Virus record (IMG/VR): IMGVR_UViG_3300009345_000002
Location: 1-51,868 of that record
Origin: a virus
Taxonomy: Duplodnaviria; Caudoviricetes
Direction: 5' to 3' (one strand)
DNA: 51,868 bases
Position numbers and translations under genes: made by a program
Part shown: positions 27,342-36,968 of the stretch, one piece after another
How positions within the stretch are numbered: the first letter of the stretch is position 1
Layout: every line of letters begins with the position of its first letter
Notes under the pieces: model-generated
What the model was told of the DNA's origin: nothing
Database searches by the model: none
Seen by the model: the letters and a program-made list of their open reading frames with translations, nothing else

Positions 27342-27344
27342 ATT

Positions 27345-27905
27345 TTATATCTCACTTTCATTCATTTCAAACCATGTATAAGCAACATGTATTCTCTGAG
27401 ACTTAGCATGAGTATTAGTTATTTTTAACACAAAGAATGAATCTGGATTATAAAGTCTAAATCCTAAATCAGAATTTATACCACCACTAGATTGACCAAC
27501 ATTACCAGCAGATGGTATAAAGTCTCTTTCCCTTATTGTGCCAGCTGTTGCTGGAGGGGTTGTAAGCTCATTAATTGCCATAGTAGCAACTGAGGAACTA
27601 AGCCTATTCTCATTAAACGATGGTATTGATGATCCTGTTGACAATCCTGTAGAATCCCATAATATTTCTATTTCAGCTCCTCCAGATTCTGTTTTAAATT
27701 GCCTTTGCTGTAGTGCAATTATTTTTCCACTAGACGTACTTGGCATTTGATATAAAACATACTTTACCTCGCCAGAGTTAAAGCTTTTATCATACTCTGC
27801 ATAAAACCTATGACCATCAAAAGTTTCTTTTTCAGATAACTCTGATGTATTTACTAAACCTGTCTTATTAGCCTTATGACCAAATATATTTGTAAAATCT
27901 CCCAT
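27345..27905 (-). CDS. hypothetical (likely virion, beta-rich) protein
   Basis: AGGAG RBS; late region. Confidence 0.7.
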   Translation of the reverse strand: MGDFTNIFGHKANKTGLVNTSELSEKETFDGHRFYAEYDKSFNSGEVKYVLYQMPSTSSGKIIALQQRQFKTESGGAEIEILWDSTGLSTGSSIPSFNENRLSSSVATMAINELTTPPATAGTIRERDFIPSAGNVGQSSGGINSDLGFRLYNPDSFFVLKITNTHAKSQRIHVAYTWFEMNESEI

Positions 27906-27914
27906 AACAAGCTC

Positions 27915-28241
27915 CTACTCTACATGAATAATATTATCTATTGCAACAGTTAAATTAGTTGCACCAGTATATTTTATTTTATATTTACAATTCATGCTCA
28001 TAGAAATATTTTGAATATGTTGAGCGCCATCTTTTACATCTATACCCTCAAGTAATGGATAGTAATTATCATTATCACCAATTATAGTAGCCAAGATATC
28101 AACAATTCCAGTATCACCATGAATCATAGTTAGTATTGGTCTTGAATCCAAATTTAAGGTTACGTCTTGTTGGAATGGTTTAGATTCACCATTTCCTGAT
28201 ATTCTTTGTATATCAATATCACTAGTATTTTTTAGTATCAT
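27915..28241 (-). CDS. hypothetical protein
   Basis: GAAAGG RBS; late region. Confidence 0.65.
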   Translation of the reverse strand: MILKNTSDIDIQRISGNGESKPFQQDVTLNLDSRPILTMIHGDTGIVDILATIIGDNDNYYPLLEGIDVKDGAQHIQNISMSMNCKYKIKYTGATNLTVAIDNIIHVE

Positions 28242-28305
28242 TTTATTAGCCTTTCATTATTTTAAACAAAACAATGATTGAATTAAGGTATATTAAAATA
28301 ATAAC

Positions 28306-28439
28306 ACAAAAGCAGCCCTATTACAATAGAGCTGCTATCTGCATTATACAGATGATTATATTAAGTATATTATTACTTATGGCTATTAAGGGAGAGAGCA
28401 AAACCTAAATCATGCACTCCCACACCTTAATACAATCAT
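28306..28439 (-). ncRNA. candidate small RNA / attenuator leader D (~130 nt)
   Basis: TTTACA(28472-28467)-17-TATATT(28449-28444); long 5' hairpin; terminator-like hairpin AGCAGCTCTAT/ATAGGGCTGCTTTTG at 28337-28307. Confidence 0.5.
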
Positions 28440-28458
28440 AAATAATATAACACCCATT

Positions 28459-29166
28459 TTAATCCTTGTAAACAGTTTTAAAGAAAATACCAGGTAAAAA
28501 TGATAAAAATCCTTTAAGTTTATATCTATACCCTAAAATATCCAATAAAGGTTTTTGAGATTTAACGCAATTTAACCTCATGTTTAATAATTCCGTATTG
28601 TAAGCTGTAGATTGTTTTAATCCACTTACAGCCTTTCCTGTTTTATTATTGGTACAATCAGTCCTAATTAACACATAATGCTTTTTAATATGGGTTAAAT
28701 CTAGCTCATGAGCAGCAATAACACCCTTTCCTTTATCTAATTTATAAACTTTACCTTTTATAATACTTGCCATTCCTGCAAAAGGACTTCCAAATAAACT
28801 GATTATATATTGTTTTAAATTCTGTGGCTTGTAAAATGCCAAATAAACATATTTACTATTATATCTATCACTCTTAAAATTATATCTTTTTAAAGCCTGA
28901 TAAATAGTAAAGTAAAAAAATACAAAATTAAGTATTAATATTGACATGCTAGAATTGGAATTAAGGTCAACTATGACATATAATATCTTATGAATTGCCA
29001 TGGATAATACGACACTGATTGCCTCATCTCTTGATGAACATATGGAGATTGTTAATAATGTAATGATTGTATAGAGGTCTTTATAATAAAAGAACTCAAT
29101 TGGTAGAATATCATAGCAGTTATAAATATAATAACCCATGATAAGAAATATATATAGTTTATTCAT
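28459..29166 (-). CDS. membrane protein with soluble C-terminal domain
   Basis: Several N-terminal TM segments; 235-aa ORF. Confidence 0.7.
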   Translation of the reverse strand: MNKLYIFLIMGYYIYNCYDILPIEFFYYKDLYTIITLLTISICSSRDEAISVVLSMAIHKILYVIVDLNSNSSMSILILNFVFFYFTIYQALKRYNFKSDRYNSKYVYLAFYKPQNLKQYIISLFGSPFAGMASIIKGKVYKLDKGKGVIAAHELDLTHIKKHYVLIRTDCTNNKTGKAVSGLKQSTAYNTELLNMRLNCVKSQKPLLDILGYRYKLKGFLSFLPGIFFKTVYKD

Positions 29167-29211
29167 AATAAAACACCTTTTTAATTAAAATTTTGATTAT
29201 ATTAAGGTGTT

Positions 29212-29239
29212 GGAGGGACTTTCACCCTCCTGTTTTTTT
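29212..29239 (+). terminator. terminator-like hairpin with U-tract on + strand (antisense to late operon)
   Basis: GGAGGG-ACTTTCA-CCCTCC-TGTTTTTTT. Confidence 0.55.
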
Positions 29240-29240
29240 A

Positions 29241-29786
29241 TTAGAAAGTTATATCAATTGCATATAACTCATCAGCATTTTTTGCATTAGAAATATCATT
29301 AGATAATAAAACTTTCTTTTTATCTATTGCATCTATATGATCAGTATAATCAATCATAAAAGCAATAAATTCATCAGCATCGGCAAAAGTACAAAGTTTT
29401 TTATTTCTATCATAATATGAAAGCTGTGTTGCTGTTGGTGTTTCACCTTTAGCAACAACTCTTTCAACATTTCTAACACTAACATCTAATTTAGCAAGTG
29501 TTGTGCTTGAACAATAAAAGTTATATTCTGTTTCAACTTCATCAACTATTTGTGAATATTTATAACCATCCTCAATAACTTCGTCATATTTAGCAGTTAG
29601 CACATTATTTAATGTTTCTTTGCATTCTGATAAATTAGATACTGTATCTAAAACCCAGTTAGTACCATTCCATTGGTGGCAATTTGTTGGTAAATTATTT
29701 AGATTAAACTCATTATTCATTGGTATTGTACCGTTTGGACTGTGCCCTGAATAATAACCTTGTTTTGTTACTATAAATTTTTCCAT
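29241..29786 (-). CDS. tail fibre assembly protein-like (DUF4376-like)
   Basis: HQWNGTNWVLD and C-terminal I.NAKNADELYAIDITF; follows fibre gene. Confidence 0.65.
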   Translation of the reverse strand: MEKFIVTKQGYYSGHSPNGTIPMNNEFNLNNLPTNCHQWNGTNWVLDTVSNLSECKETLNNVLTAKYDEVIEDGYKYSQIVDEVETEYNFYCSSTTLAKLDVSVRNVERVVAKGETPTATQLSYYDRNKKLCTFADADEFIAFMIDYTDHIDAIDKKKVLLSNDISNAKNADELYAIDITF

Positions 29787-29787
29787 G

Positions 29788-31980
29788 TTATTTTACTCCT
29801 ATAAACCTTGTTAATGTCATACCTTGATTTAACACAGTTGTTATTGTATCTTTATTAGTTCCTGATATGTAAAATCTAAATAGGTAATCAGCAGATGCTG
29901 AACTATATCTATCATCGAAAGAGTCTGTAGTTCCTAAAGAATTAAGTAATAAATCAACATTAATATAGCTAGATGTTTTAAAATCTCCAGCATAACTGTA
30001 ATAAGGTAAAACTTCATTGTAATTAGCAATAGAGCTATTAAGTTTTACACTACCTGTTGTAAAAGTGCCAATAAATAAATCAAAAAACCATTTATTATAT
30101 TTTCTAGTAAACTTAGCTAAGTCGCCTGAGCCATCTGTTGGGAATGCAATATCTTTATCGTCCCCCAATCTTCTTTTAGCACCTGCAATTGTTGGTAAAC
30201 CTGAACCGTCTTTATTTAGAGTTCTTTCAAGTTTTAAAGTTTCAGTATTATCATAACCAATAAAGTAATAATAATCTGTATAAGCCAATGTTGCTGTTGC
30301 TGGGTCTTGTGGTTTTATAACTTCGACACCGTCTAAAATAAGACTTGTACCGTCTAAATATACTTTACCGTCTAAATATCTATCTAAAGAATAATAATTT
30401 GCACCTAATATAAAATCTGCTGCATTAGATAAATTGTTACTATCCACAACAGTAACATCATCAGTCCATGTTTGACCATTATCTGTGCTATAAGAAATAA
30501 TATATTCAGTTAATGTTTTAGTAAATTTAAAATTATAAACTGTATTAGGCACAAAATTTTCCGAGCCAATTACTCCATTTGCAATATTCCAATTTGTACC
30601 ATCACTTGATGCATAAAAATTAATTTTATTATTCTCAATAAAAATATAAAGCCTTTCAGCAGTATCGCTACTATTACCTAAAATTGGAACTTGACCTGTA
30701 GGGTTGCTAAAATACTCAAGCTTTACATTAGCCTCAAATGTATCCGTATTTAAAATTGCAGGGTTTGATATATTTTTATTAGTACCGTCAAAGTTATAAC
30801 TGTAATCTGTATTAATAAAAGCAGGGTCACCAAAAGTATTCCATTGACTATTTGCATTAAATATAACATCACTTCTAATATAATCATTTGATACAATATC
30901 TGCTGAATTATCTTCTGAACGAGTCTCCCCTTTCCAAATAATTGAGTTTGGAATATAAGGAGTGTCTTGTGGTCTGATAATTTCAATGCCGTCTTTTGTT
31001 AAATATAACTTATCTAAATATATTTTACCTGTAAAAAATCTGTCTGTCCCGTATAAATGTGCACCTAACATAAAGATTGCAACAGTGTTAGTAGAGTTTG
31101 CTATATTAATATCTTCAACCCATGTAATTCCATCATCTTCACTATATTCAAATATATAGTTTGTAAGTGTTTTTTTACATCTTAATAAATAGTCTGTATT
31201 AGGTGCAAAAACTTTTGTACCTTGCACATCTTGTGCTATGTCCCATGATGTTGTATTACTAGATAAGTATATACTTAGCTTACCAGTATCAAGTATTTGA
31301 ATAATTCCATATTCTGTTACATTTGCAGTTTGTCCAATTATAGGGTTTATACTTGTGGAACTCATGTTAAATGGGATTACAAATTCAAACTCATCACTAT
31401 CTAACTGTACATTACCAGTAAAGTACTGATTAATACCATTTAAAGTATAACTATAATCAGCATAGTCATATACAGGGCTATTAACTTCTGTAAACTGTGT
31501 ACTAGCATCAAACTCGCCACCATAATAAATAGTATCGTCTGTAAAGTTTTTAGAAAGTCCACCTAAGTCATTAAGATTAGCTAAGAAGTCCCAGTCTTCA
31601 TCACCATTATTATCAGGTAATGTTCCAGTTACATTATTATTTTTGCATCCATAAAGTTCATAAGTTCCAGTTTTTCTAACAATACTATATTCATGATAAA
31701 CTTCTGTATCAATATGCTCAGGAATACCTTGCTGTTGATACTCTTTTAATTTTCTTGTTATTAAATATATTAATGTATTATCGTGATCAAGGGCTGGTGC
31801 TTTACCAGGCAATACATTACTTAACCAACCACCTATAACAATTGCCGTGTTTTGTTGTAAAACATCAGGATCTTTTGAGATACCACCAGTACCTGTAGAG
31901 AAATCTCCTAATACTTTAGTACTAGCATTTGGGTCGGATGCAAATATATCTATTTTTTTTGCAATTAACTTGTTAGTCAT
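29788..31980 (-). CDS. tail fibre / receptor-binding protein with two duplicated LamG-like domains
   Basis: Follows baseplate genes; N-terminal QQGIPE..Y anchor motif; two ~180-aa internal repeats with Asp-box motifs. Confidence 0.8.
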   Translation of the reverse strand: MTNKLIAKKIDIFASDPNASTKVLGDFSTGTGGISKDPDVLQQNTAIVIGGWLSNVLPGKAPALDHDNTLIYLITRKLKEYQQQGIPEHIDTEVYHEYSIVRKTGTYELYGCKNNNVTGTLPDNNGDEDWDFLANLNDLGGLSKNFTDDTIYYGGEFDASTQFTEVNSPVYDYADYSYTLNGINQYFTGNVQLDSDEFEFVIPFNMSSTSINPIIGQTANVTEYGIIQILDTGKLSIYLSSNTTSWDIAQDVQGTKVFAPNTDYLLRCKKTLTNYIFEYSEDDGITWVEDINIANSTNTVAIFMLGAHLYGTDRFFTGKIYLDKLYLTKDGIEIIRPQDTPYIPNSIIWKGETRSEDNSADIVSNDYIRSDVIFNANSQWNTFGDPAFINTDYSYNFDGTNKNISNPAILNTDTFEANVKLEYFSNPTGQVPILGNSSDTAERLYIFIENNKINFYASSDGTNWNIANGVIGSENFVPNTVYNFKFTKTLTEYIISYSTDNGQTWTDDVTVVDSNNLSNAADFILGANYYSLDRYLDGKVYLDGTSLILDGVEVIKPQDPATATLAYTDYYYFIGYDNTETLKLERTLNKDGSGLPTIAGAKRRLGDDKDIAFPTDGSGDLAKFTRKYNKWFFDLFIGTFTTGSVKLNSSIANYNEVLPYYSYAGDFKTSSYINVDLLLNSLGTTDSFDDRYSSASADYLFRFYISGTNKDTITTVLNQGMTLTRFIGVK

Positions 31981-31981
31981 T

Positions 31982-32575
31982 TTATACTCCTTTTAAGTTA
32001 ATAAATGTCGCATCTTTGACATCATTATTTTTTAAATCGGAAAAACCTATGTTTTTACCGAAACCATCATCAAAACCAAATATAAGTTCAGGATCAACAA
32101 CCCCAATAGGAATAATACTAACACAATTTGGTTTTGGAAGTACTCTTTTCTCTAGGGCAATATCAAATAAATCTTTGTTATTGGCGTCAACATAGTATAC
32201 CATTTGCATACTGTTATTGTCAACGGCTCTAACAAAACCATTGAAGTTTTCATAAAGTATTTCTGAAATTTCCCATATTGAATTATTACTTCTATTAACT
32301 GCTGATTTAAGTTTTATAATCTGTCTGAAATCATCATCATTTATTTCACCACCACTATAAAACCTATCAACTCCAACTCTTTGACCAAGAACACTAAGAG
32401 CCTCACCCTCAGCATCATCTAGGCTTAAGAACTTTCTATATTCATCTATATTGAATATATTACCACTAGGATAAAGTTTAGAACCCAAGAATGTTAAAAA
32501 CTTAGGTGTTCTAAATTGTCTAATAACCAAGTCAAGATATGACTGTACTGTTTTTGAAAAGTTTCTATAATCCAT
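31982..32575 (-). CDS. baseplate wedge protein (DUF2612-like)
   Basis: LDDAEGEALSVLGQRVGVDR...DDDFRQIIKLK...LPKP. Confidence 0.8.
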   Translation of the reverse strand: MDYRNFSKTVQSYLDLVIRQFRTPKFLTFLGSKLYPSGNIFNIDEYRKFLSLDDAEGEALSVLGQRVGVDRFYSGGEINDDDFRQIIKLKSAVNRSNNSIWEISEILYENFNGFVRAVDNNSMQMVYYVDANNKDLFDIALEKRVLPKPNCVSIIPIGVVDPELIFGFDDGFGKNIGFSDLKNNDVKDATFINLKGV

Positions 32576-33738
32576 TACTCAAACTCCACTTCTGAACTTA
32601 CGAAAACATCAACAATATCGCTAGGCTTAATAAGACTTTTATATGTTGCTCCATCATCATCAGATATTAAAATACTCTCTGCAATATATCCATCAATAGT
32701 ATTAATAGCATCATAATAATCTTGAACCTTTGCTGTCTCACCTAAGCTATATTTTACACCTAAACAAGCATTCTCTGCTAAAGAGTTTTTAGTCTCACCC
32801 TCTTCAACTTTGATTTTTATTTTAAGGTCTATTAAATTAGGTCTTTGAAATAAAATATCTTTTGGTTGAGTACCAGGTAATTCAACAGTTTCAGTAACAC
32901 TACCACTATTACCTCTTGTATACATGCCAGCAGCAGCACCTTTTTTCTTGGCAATAGCAACTGCGATATTTTGGTCTCCTCCACCCTCTACAATTATAAA
33001 TAATGATTTTGGAGATATTCCGTTACTGTCAACACTTTCTGTGTCATTTTCATATACTGTACAAGATACAACACCCTCAACTTCAAGAATGCTAGAAACT
33101 AAACCATCTAAATATCCAAGGCTAGGAGCTGTAATAGCTACTTTATATCTTCTTCTTAAAGATGCGTCGTTTTCTTTTTCTATTCCATTAATTCTTTGCT
33201 TGGCAGGGTTATTCACACTATCAACACCAAATACTGGAGTTGATATAGTATTTACAGAGTTTGGCTCTATCTCAACACTTCCTGATATATCTGATTGAAA
33301 ACTTAAAGTATGATCACCAGCAGTCTCTAAAAGAGATGTTGAAATTAAGCTAAATGTAGATCCAGCTGCATTTGCAGCTTTAAATGTAATACCATCACTA
33401 TCTAATCCAGATAATGTAATACTATCGTTCAATGTTGTAACAACAACATCAACAATTGCAGCCTGACCTTTACTTCTTCTAATCAAAGCTCCAGTATAAC
33501 AAATAGCATCTAAATCAACATCTTCTGCCGAATCAACTTTTGTTGCATTATAAACTTTTATTAAAAGATCGCCCTCATCTTTCTCTTTTTGACCACGAAT
33601 ATTTATTTCTTGACCATCATGAGAGTTTTGTTCAACATTAATATCTTTATCCCATATAGCCTTAAATTCATCTTTTAACCTTGTAATAATAGTAGATAGA
33701 CTATCATTTGTAAGGATACCATTCTCAAAATTAATCAT
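32575..33738 (-). CDS. baseplate J-like protein
   Basis: SVNNP..GIEKENDASLRRR, VEGVVSCTVYENDT, IVEGG..IA.AIAKKK. Confidence 0.9.
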   Translation of the reverse strand: MINFENGILTNDSLSTIITRLKDEFKAIWDKDINVEQNSHDGQEINIRGQKEKDEGDLLIKVYNATKVDSAEDVDLDAICYTGALIRRSKGQAAIVDVVVTTLNDSITLSGLDSDGITFKAANAAGSTFSLISTSLLETAGDHTLSFQSDISGSVEIEPNSVNTISTPVFGVDSVNNPAKQRINGIEKENDASLRRRYKVAITAPSLGYLDGLVSSILEVEGVVSCTVYENDTESVDSNGISPKSLFIIVEGGGDQNIAVAIAKKKGAAAGMYTRGNSGSVTETVELPGTQPKDILFQRPNLIDLKIKIKVEEGETKNSLAENACLGVKYSLGETAKVQDYYDAINTIDGYIAESILISDDDGATYKSLIKPSDIVDVFVSSEVEFE

Positions 33739-34108
33739 TATTTGTAACTCCTATTGTATCAAATTTAATATTTACACTTCCACCATCATCAAGGCTGATA
33801 GTAAAAATAGCATAATAAACTCTATTCTCGATATAACTAGAAAAAGTATTAATTGATGCAACGCCGTTTGTAGCTAAAACAGCTTTTTTTATATCCTCAT
33901 CAACTCTTTCTTTTCTATAATTTCTGCTACCAAGTATATTATCCCAATCTATATTAGCCTCTAAATCGAAAAAGCAATCTCCAACCACACTTCTAAGTCT
34001 AGTAATAACATCCATAGCAATTGCATCATTGCCACTAAAGTAATTAAGCATGCCCTCTCCGTATAGTGGCTCACCATCAACATCTATAGCTCTAAATTTA
34101 TCTGTCAT
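33731..34108 (-). CDS. baseplate wedge (gp25/gp46-like) protein
   Basis: AIAMDVITRL..GDCFFD...GVASINTF; synteny. Confidence 0.75.
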   Translation of the reverse strand: MTDKFRAIDVDGEPLYGEGMLNYFSGNDAIAMDVITRLRSVVGDCFFDLEANIDWDNILGSRNYRKERVDEDIKKAVLATNGVASINTFSSYIENRVYYAIFTISLDDGGSVNIKFDTIGVTNND

Positions 34109-34791
34109 TATTTTATCACCTTGTTAAAGTTTTCTTTTGCAGCTGTAATAGCCTGAATTGTTGGGCCATTGAAAGCTGGGTTATTAGCTGTATTCTTAGC
34201 AGTCTCTAAGGCAGTAAATAATTGGTTCATAGCCTGAGACAAATCCATAACTGGACTTCCCTCTTCATCAACTACCGATATATTAACTCCAGCACTTGAA
34301 ACAATTATAGCATAAGTACCCACTTGAATGCTAATATTATCTGTACCAACAACTATTTTTGCTTCATCTCCATTCCTAAGAACAATATCTAATGCCGAAT
34401 AATCTTTCCTAGCATCTAGCACAGATCTAATACCAACCAATGCAATAGCAGATTTCCTTGTATGTCTTTCATCTTGAATATCTACATATTTAGTTTTAGT
34501 CTCCTGCCAAGGTTTAAAGTTAGTATCATTAAAGAATACAACACAATCATCTCCTGACTGTATAGGAAATTCTAAGCCTGCTACTCCACCACCTAAACAC
34601 ACAAAAGGCAATCCAGTTAGTAATATTTTTTCACTAGAGTATGGAATTGATGATTTTTTTAATGAATCTTTTTTATATAACTCAACTGCAACCAATTGAT
34701 TATTATAATCAACAGACTGAACAACTCCAACTTCTATGCAATTAATAGATTTTGATATTGTATCTTTAAATTTAAGCCAATCTATTTTCAA
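34108..34791 (-). CDS. baseplate spike (Gp138-like N-terminal OB domain)
   Basis: LPFV..GGG...FPIQSGDDCVVFFND...RH..SAIALVG. Confidence 0.8.
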   Translation of the reverse strand: MKIDWLKFKDTISKSINCIEVGVVQSVDYNNQLVAVELYKKDSLKKSSIPYSSEKILLTGLPFVCLGGGVAGLEFPIQSGDDCVVFFNDTNFKPWQETKTKYVDIQDERHTRKSAIALVGIRSVLDARKDYSALDIVLRNGDEAKIVVGTDNISIQVGTYAIIVSSAGVNISVVDEEGSPVMDLSQAMNQLFTALETAKNTANNPAFNGPTIQAITAAKENFNKVIK

Positions 34792-35896
34792 AGTTAATAC
34801 CTCCTGTGTATAACTGAACTGTTGTTACTTGTCTACTGCTTACTGGTGAATTAAAATCTCCAGAATGCATAACAGCTTGAACAAAAAGCTCACCATTATA
34901 TTTGTTATTATTTAATGCTCTCCATATTCCATCAGCATTATATTTAGTAATTATTTTTGAGTTTATTTTAACTCTATCGCCAATTTTGATATGAGGATTA
35001 AAAACTGTTTCTATAACTATGTATTCGTTTTCTCTTCTAGGCGCAGCCATAAGACCTTGTTCATCACCTATTTCATGTAATTTACCAGATCTTTGATTAT
35101 TTAACTGTTGCAAATACTCATTTCTTTTTGTATTTTGAATTAATGCAACTGCATCATCTACTGCAATTAATGAACTGTTACTAGCATTAAAATCTGTTAT
35201 ATTAAACTCTTCAAGAATATTAAGCATCACTTCTTGAAATGTTCTGCCTGAAACAGGAATAGATTTTTCTGGCAATCCATTATATATAGAAATTAAGTCT
35301 GCTGATTTAATGCCCATTTTATCATAATCTAAATTATAGTTTATAGCAAAATCATCAGTCATACTTTCTAGCTGATTCAATGCAGAAACAAGAGTTGTAG
35401 CGTTCTTTTTAAGAACTATAGATTCAGATGACATCTTGCCTACAATTAAATAATAACCAACATCACTAACTGATATCTGAGTTGACATTGTAGATGGAGT
35501 TATTCTCACAGGAGGCAAAACTTCCTCAATAACACCGTCTAAAACAGTTATGTATGTATCGTCTTCAATAAGTTCTATTTTTATTCTAGGATAAATATTA
35601 CCACCATTAAGAACACTTTTAACTTGCTCAATATTTTGAGCATTTATCTCAGACCCAACTTGTCTAACAAATTCTGTATATCTATCATATGTTATATAAT
35701 CTACAATAGTGCTATCAAGATTAATAACATTAATTGTACTAGCACCACCAACTGAAAATATATTTTTAATAACAGATATTGATGCTGCATTGTTTTCAAT
35801 TATAAGAGGGTCTCCTGAAGAATATTTACCAGTAAGTCTATTAAACTCTGGAACTTGAATTGTTAGCCTATATGCTATTTTTCTTTTTAAAGACAT
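34772..35896 (-). CDS. baseplate hub protein
   Basis: GLMAAP, FNPHIKIGDRVKINS, HSGD motifs; synteny. Confidence 0.7.
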   Translation of the reverse strand: MSLKRKIAYRLTIQVPEFNRLTGKYSSGDPLIIENNAASISVIKNIFSVGGASTINVINLDSTIVDYITYDRYTEFVRQVGSEINAQNIEQVKSVLNGGNIYPRIKIELIEDDTYITVLDGVIEEVLPPVRITPSTMSTQISVSDVGYYLIVGKMSSESIVLKKNATTLVSALNQLESMTDDFAINYNLDYDKMGIKSADLISIYNGLPEKSIPVSGRTFQEVMLNILEEFNITDFNASNSSLIAVDDAVALIQNTKRNEYLQQLNNQRSGKLHEIGDEQGLMAAPRRENEYIVIETVFNPHIKIGDRVKINSKIITKYNADGIWRALNNNKYNGELFVQAVMHSGDFNSPVSSRQVTTVQLYTGGINFENRLA

Positions 35897-36187
35897 TTAA
35901 ACCTCCCTAATAATGTATAATTTACTGTTCCCATCTTCTAAAAATGAATCTGCTAAATAAGGGCCTATATCATCACTTGATTCACAAGCGAGATAAAAAC
36001 CAAGATTATATTCTGATAAAAGATCTGTATTTGGAGCTATAATCCTACTTCCGAATACACCATCAACCCCAACAATCCATCTTTTTAAGTTTGTTAGATA
36101 TTCTAATTTAACCGAATAATTGTCAATAGTAAATACTTGTATTAAGTTATCACTAATATTTGTTATTTCTTCTCTTTCAATAGACAT
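35897..36187 (-). CDS. small baseplate protein
   Basis: Synteny between Dit-like and hub genes. Confidence 0.6.
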   Translation of the reverse strand: MSIEREEITNISDNLIQVFTIDNYSVKLEYLTNLKRWIVGVDGVFGSRIIAPNTDLLSEYNLGFYLACESSDDIGPYLADSFLEDGNSKLYIIREV

Positions 36188-36196
36188 TATATGCTC

Positions 36197-36958
36197 CTAA
36201 CTAAATAAACTTAAAGCTGAATCAAATATTTTTTTAGCTCCAACTTTTAATTCTTTTACTTCATCCTCAATAAACTGCTGTGCTTGTGCAATTGTAGTTT
36301 TTTTAGATGATGCTGTTTCTTTTTTTACAACAACATGTTTCAGCTGTATAGAGAATTTAGAAGATCTATTTGCTGTGTTGCTATAATCAAATCTAACTTT
36401 CTCAATAGCCATATTACTATAAACACCAAATGGAGTTGTTAATGCTATCGTTTGTTTTGCATCTCTCAATGCTAAAAAGAATACAACAGCTTTTTCAACT
36501 TCTGTGCTACTTACAAGATTGTTTTGAACAACTGTATAAACATCTAATGCATTAGCAGCAACATTTTCAATAGGCGTATCTTCATTTGTAAGCTGACTTA
36601 TAGCTGTACTAACACCATCAGCTAATAAATTTACTGTATTAGCAATACTGAAAGCCTTTCTTACAGTTGTTGCCACATCTGTAATGATACCATTATCTGT
36701 TGGATTTTCAAAGTATAATTCTGAAATAGTGCCCTCTAATGATATTGTAAAAGGTTTATTCGCAATAAAGTTTTGAAGAAAATCACCTGTTTCTAATTGG
36801 TAGTCAGTAACATCACTCTGAGCCTCAAGAGTTGCTCCTGTTACTGAAATAAATTCATAACCTGCTATACCAAGGACAGTATTAGCTGAAAGTAAAAAAT
36901 CTTTACTATTTGAAATAAACTTTGTTACATCTACTATATTTTGCTGTGTTTCAGCCAT
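36197..36958 (-). CDS. tail tube initiator / Dit-like protein
   Basis: SDVTDYQLETG...P.TISLEG; TPFGVYSNMAI. Confidence 0.7.
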   Translation of the reverse strand: MAETQQNIVDVTKFISNSKDFLLSANTVLGIAGYEFISVTGATLEAQSDVTDYQLETGDFLQNFIANKPFTISLEGTISELYFENPTDNGIITDVATTVRKAFSIANTVNLLADGVSTAISQLTNEDTPIENVAANALDVYTVVQNNLVSSTEVEKAVVFFLALRDAKQTIALTTPFGVYSNMAIEKVRFDYSNTANRSSKFSIQLKHVVVKKETASSKKTTIAQAQQFIEDEVKELKVGAKKIFDSALSLFS

Positions 36959-36968
36959 ATCTTACTCC

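Noticed and set aside
30328-30388. ACCGTCTAAA short repeats as invertase or DGR sites
   Set aside because: Explained by repeated L-D-G/R codons in the fibre; no recombinase or reverse transcriptase gene is present
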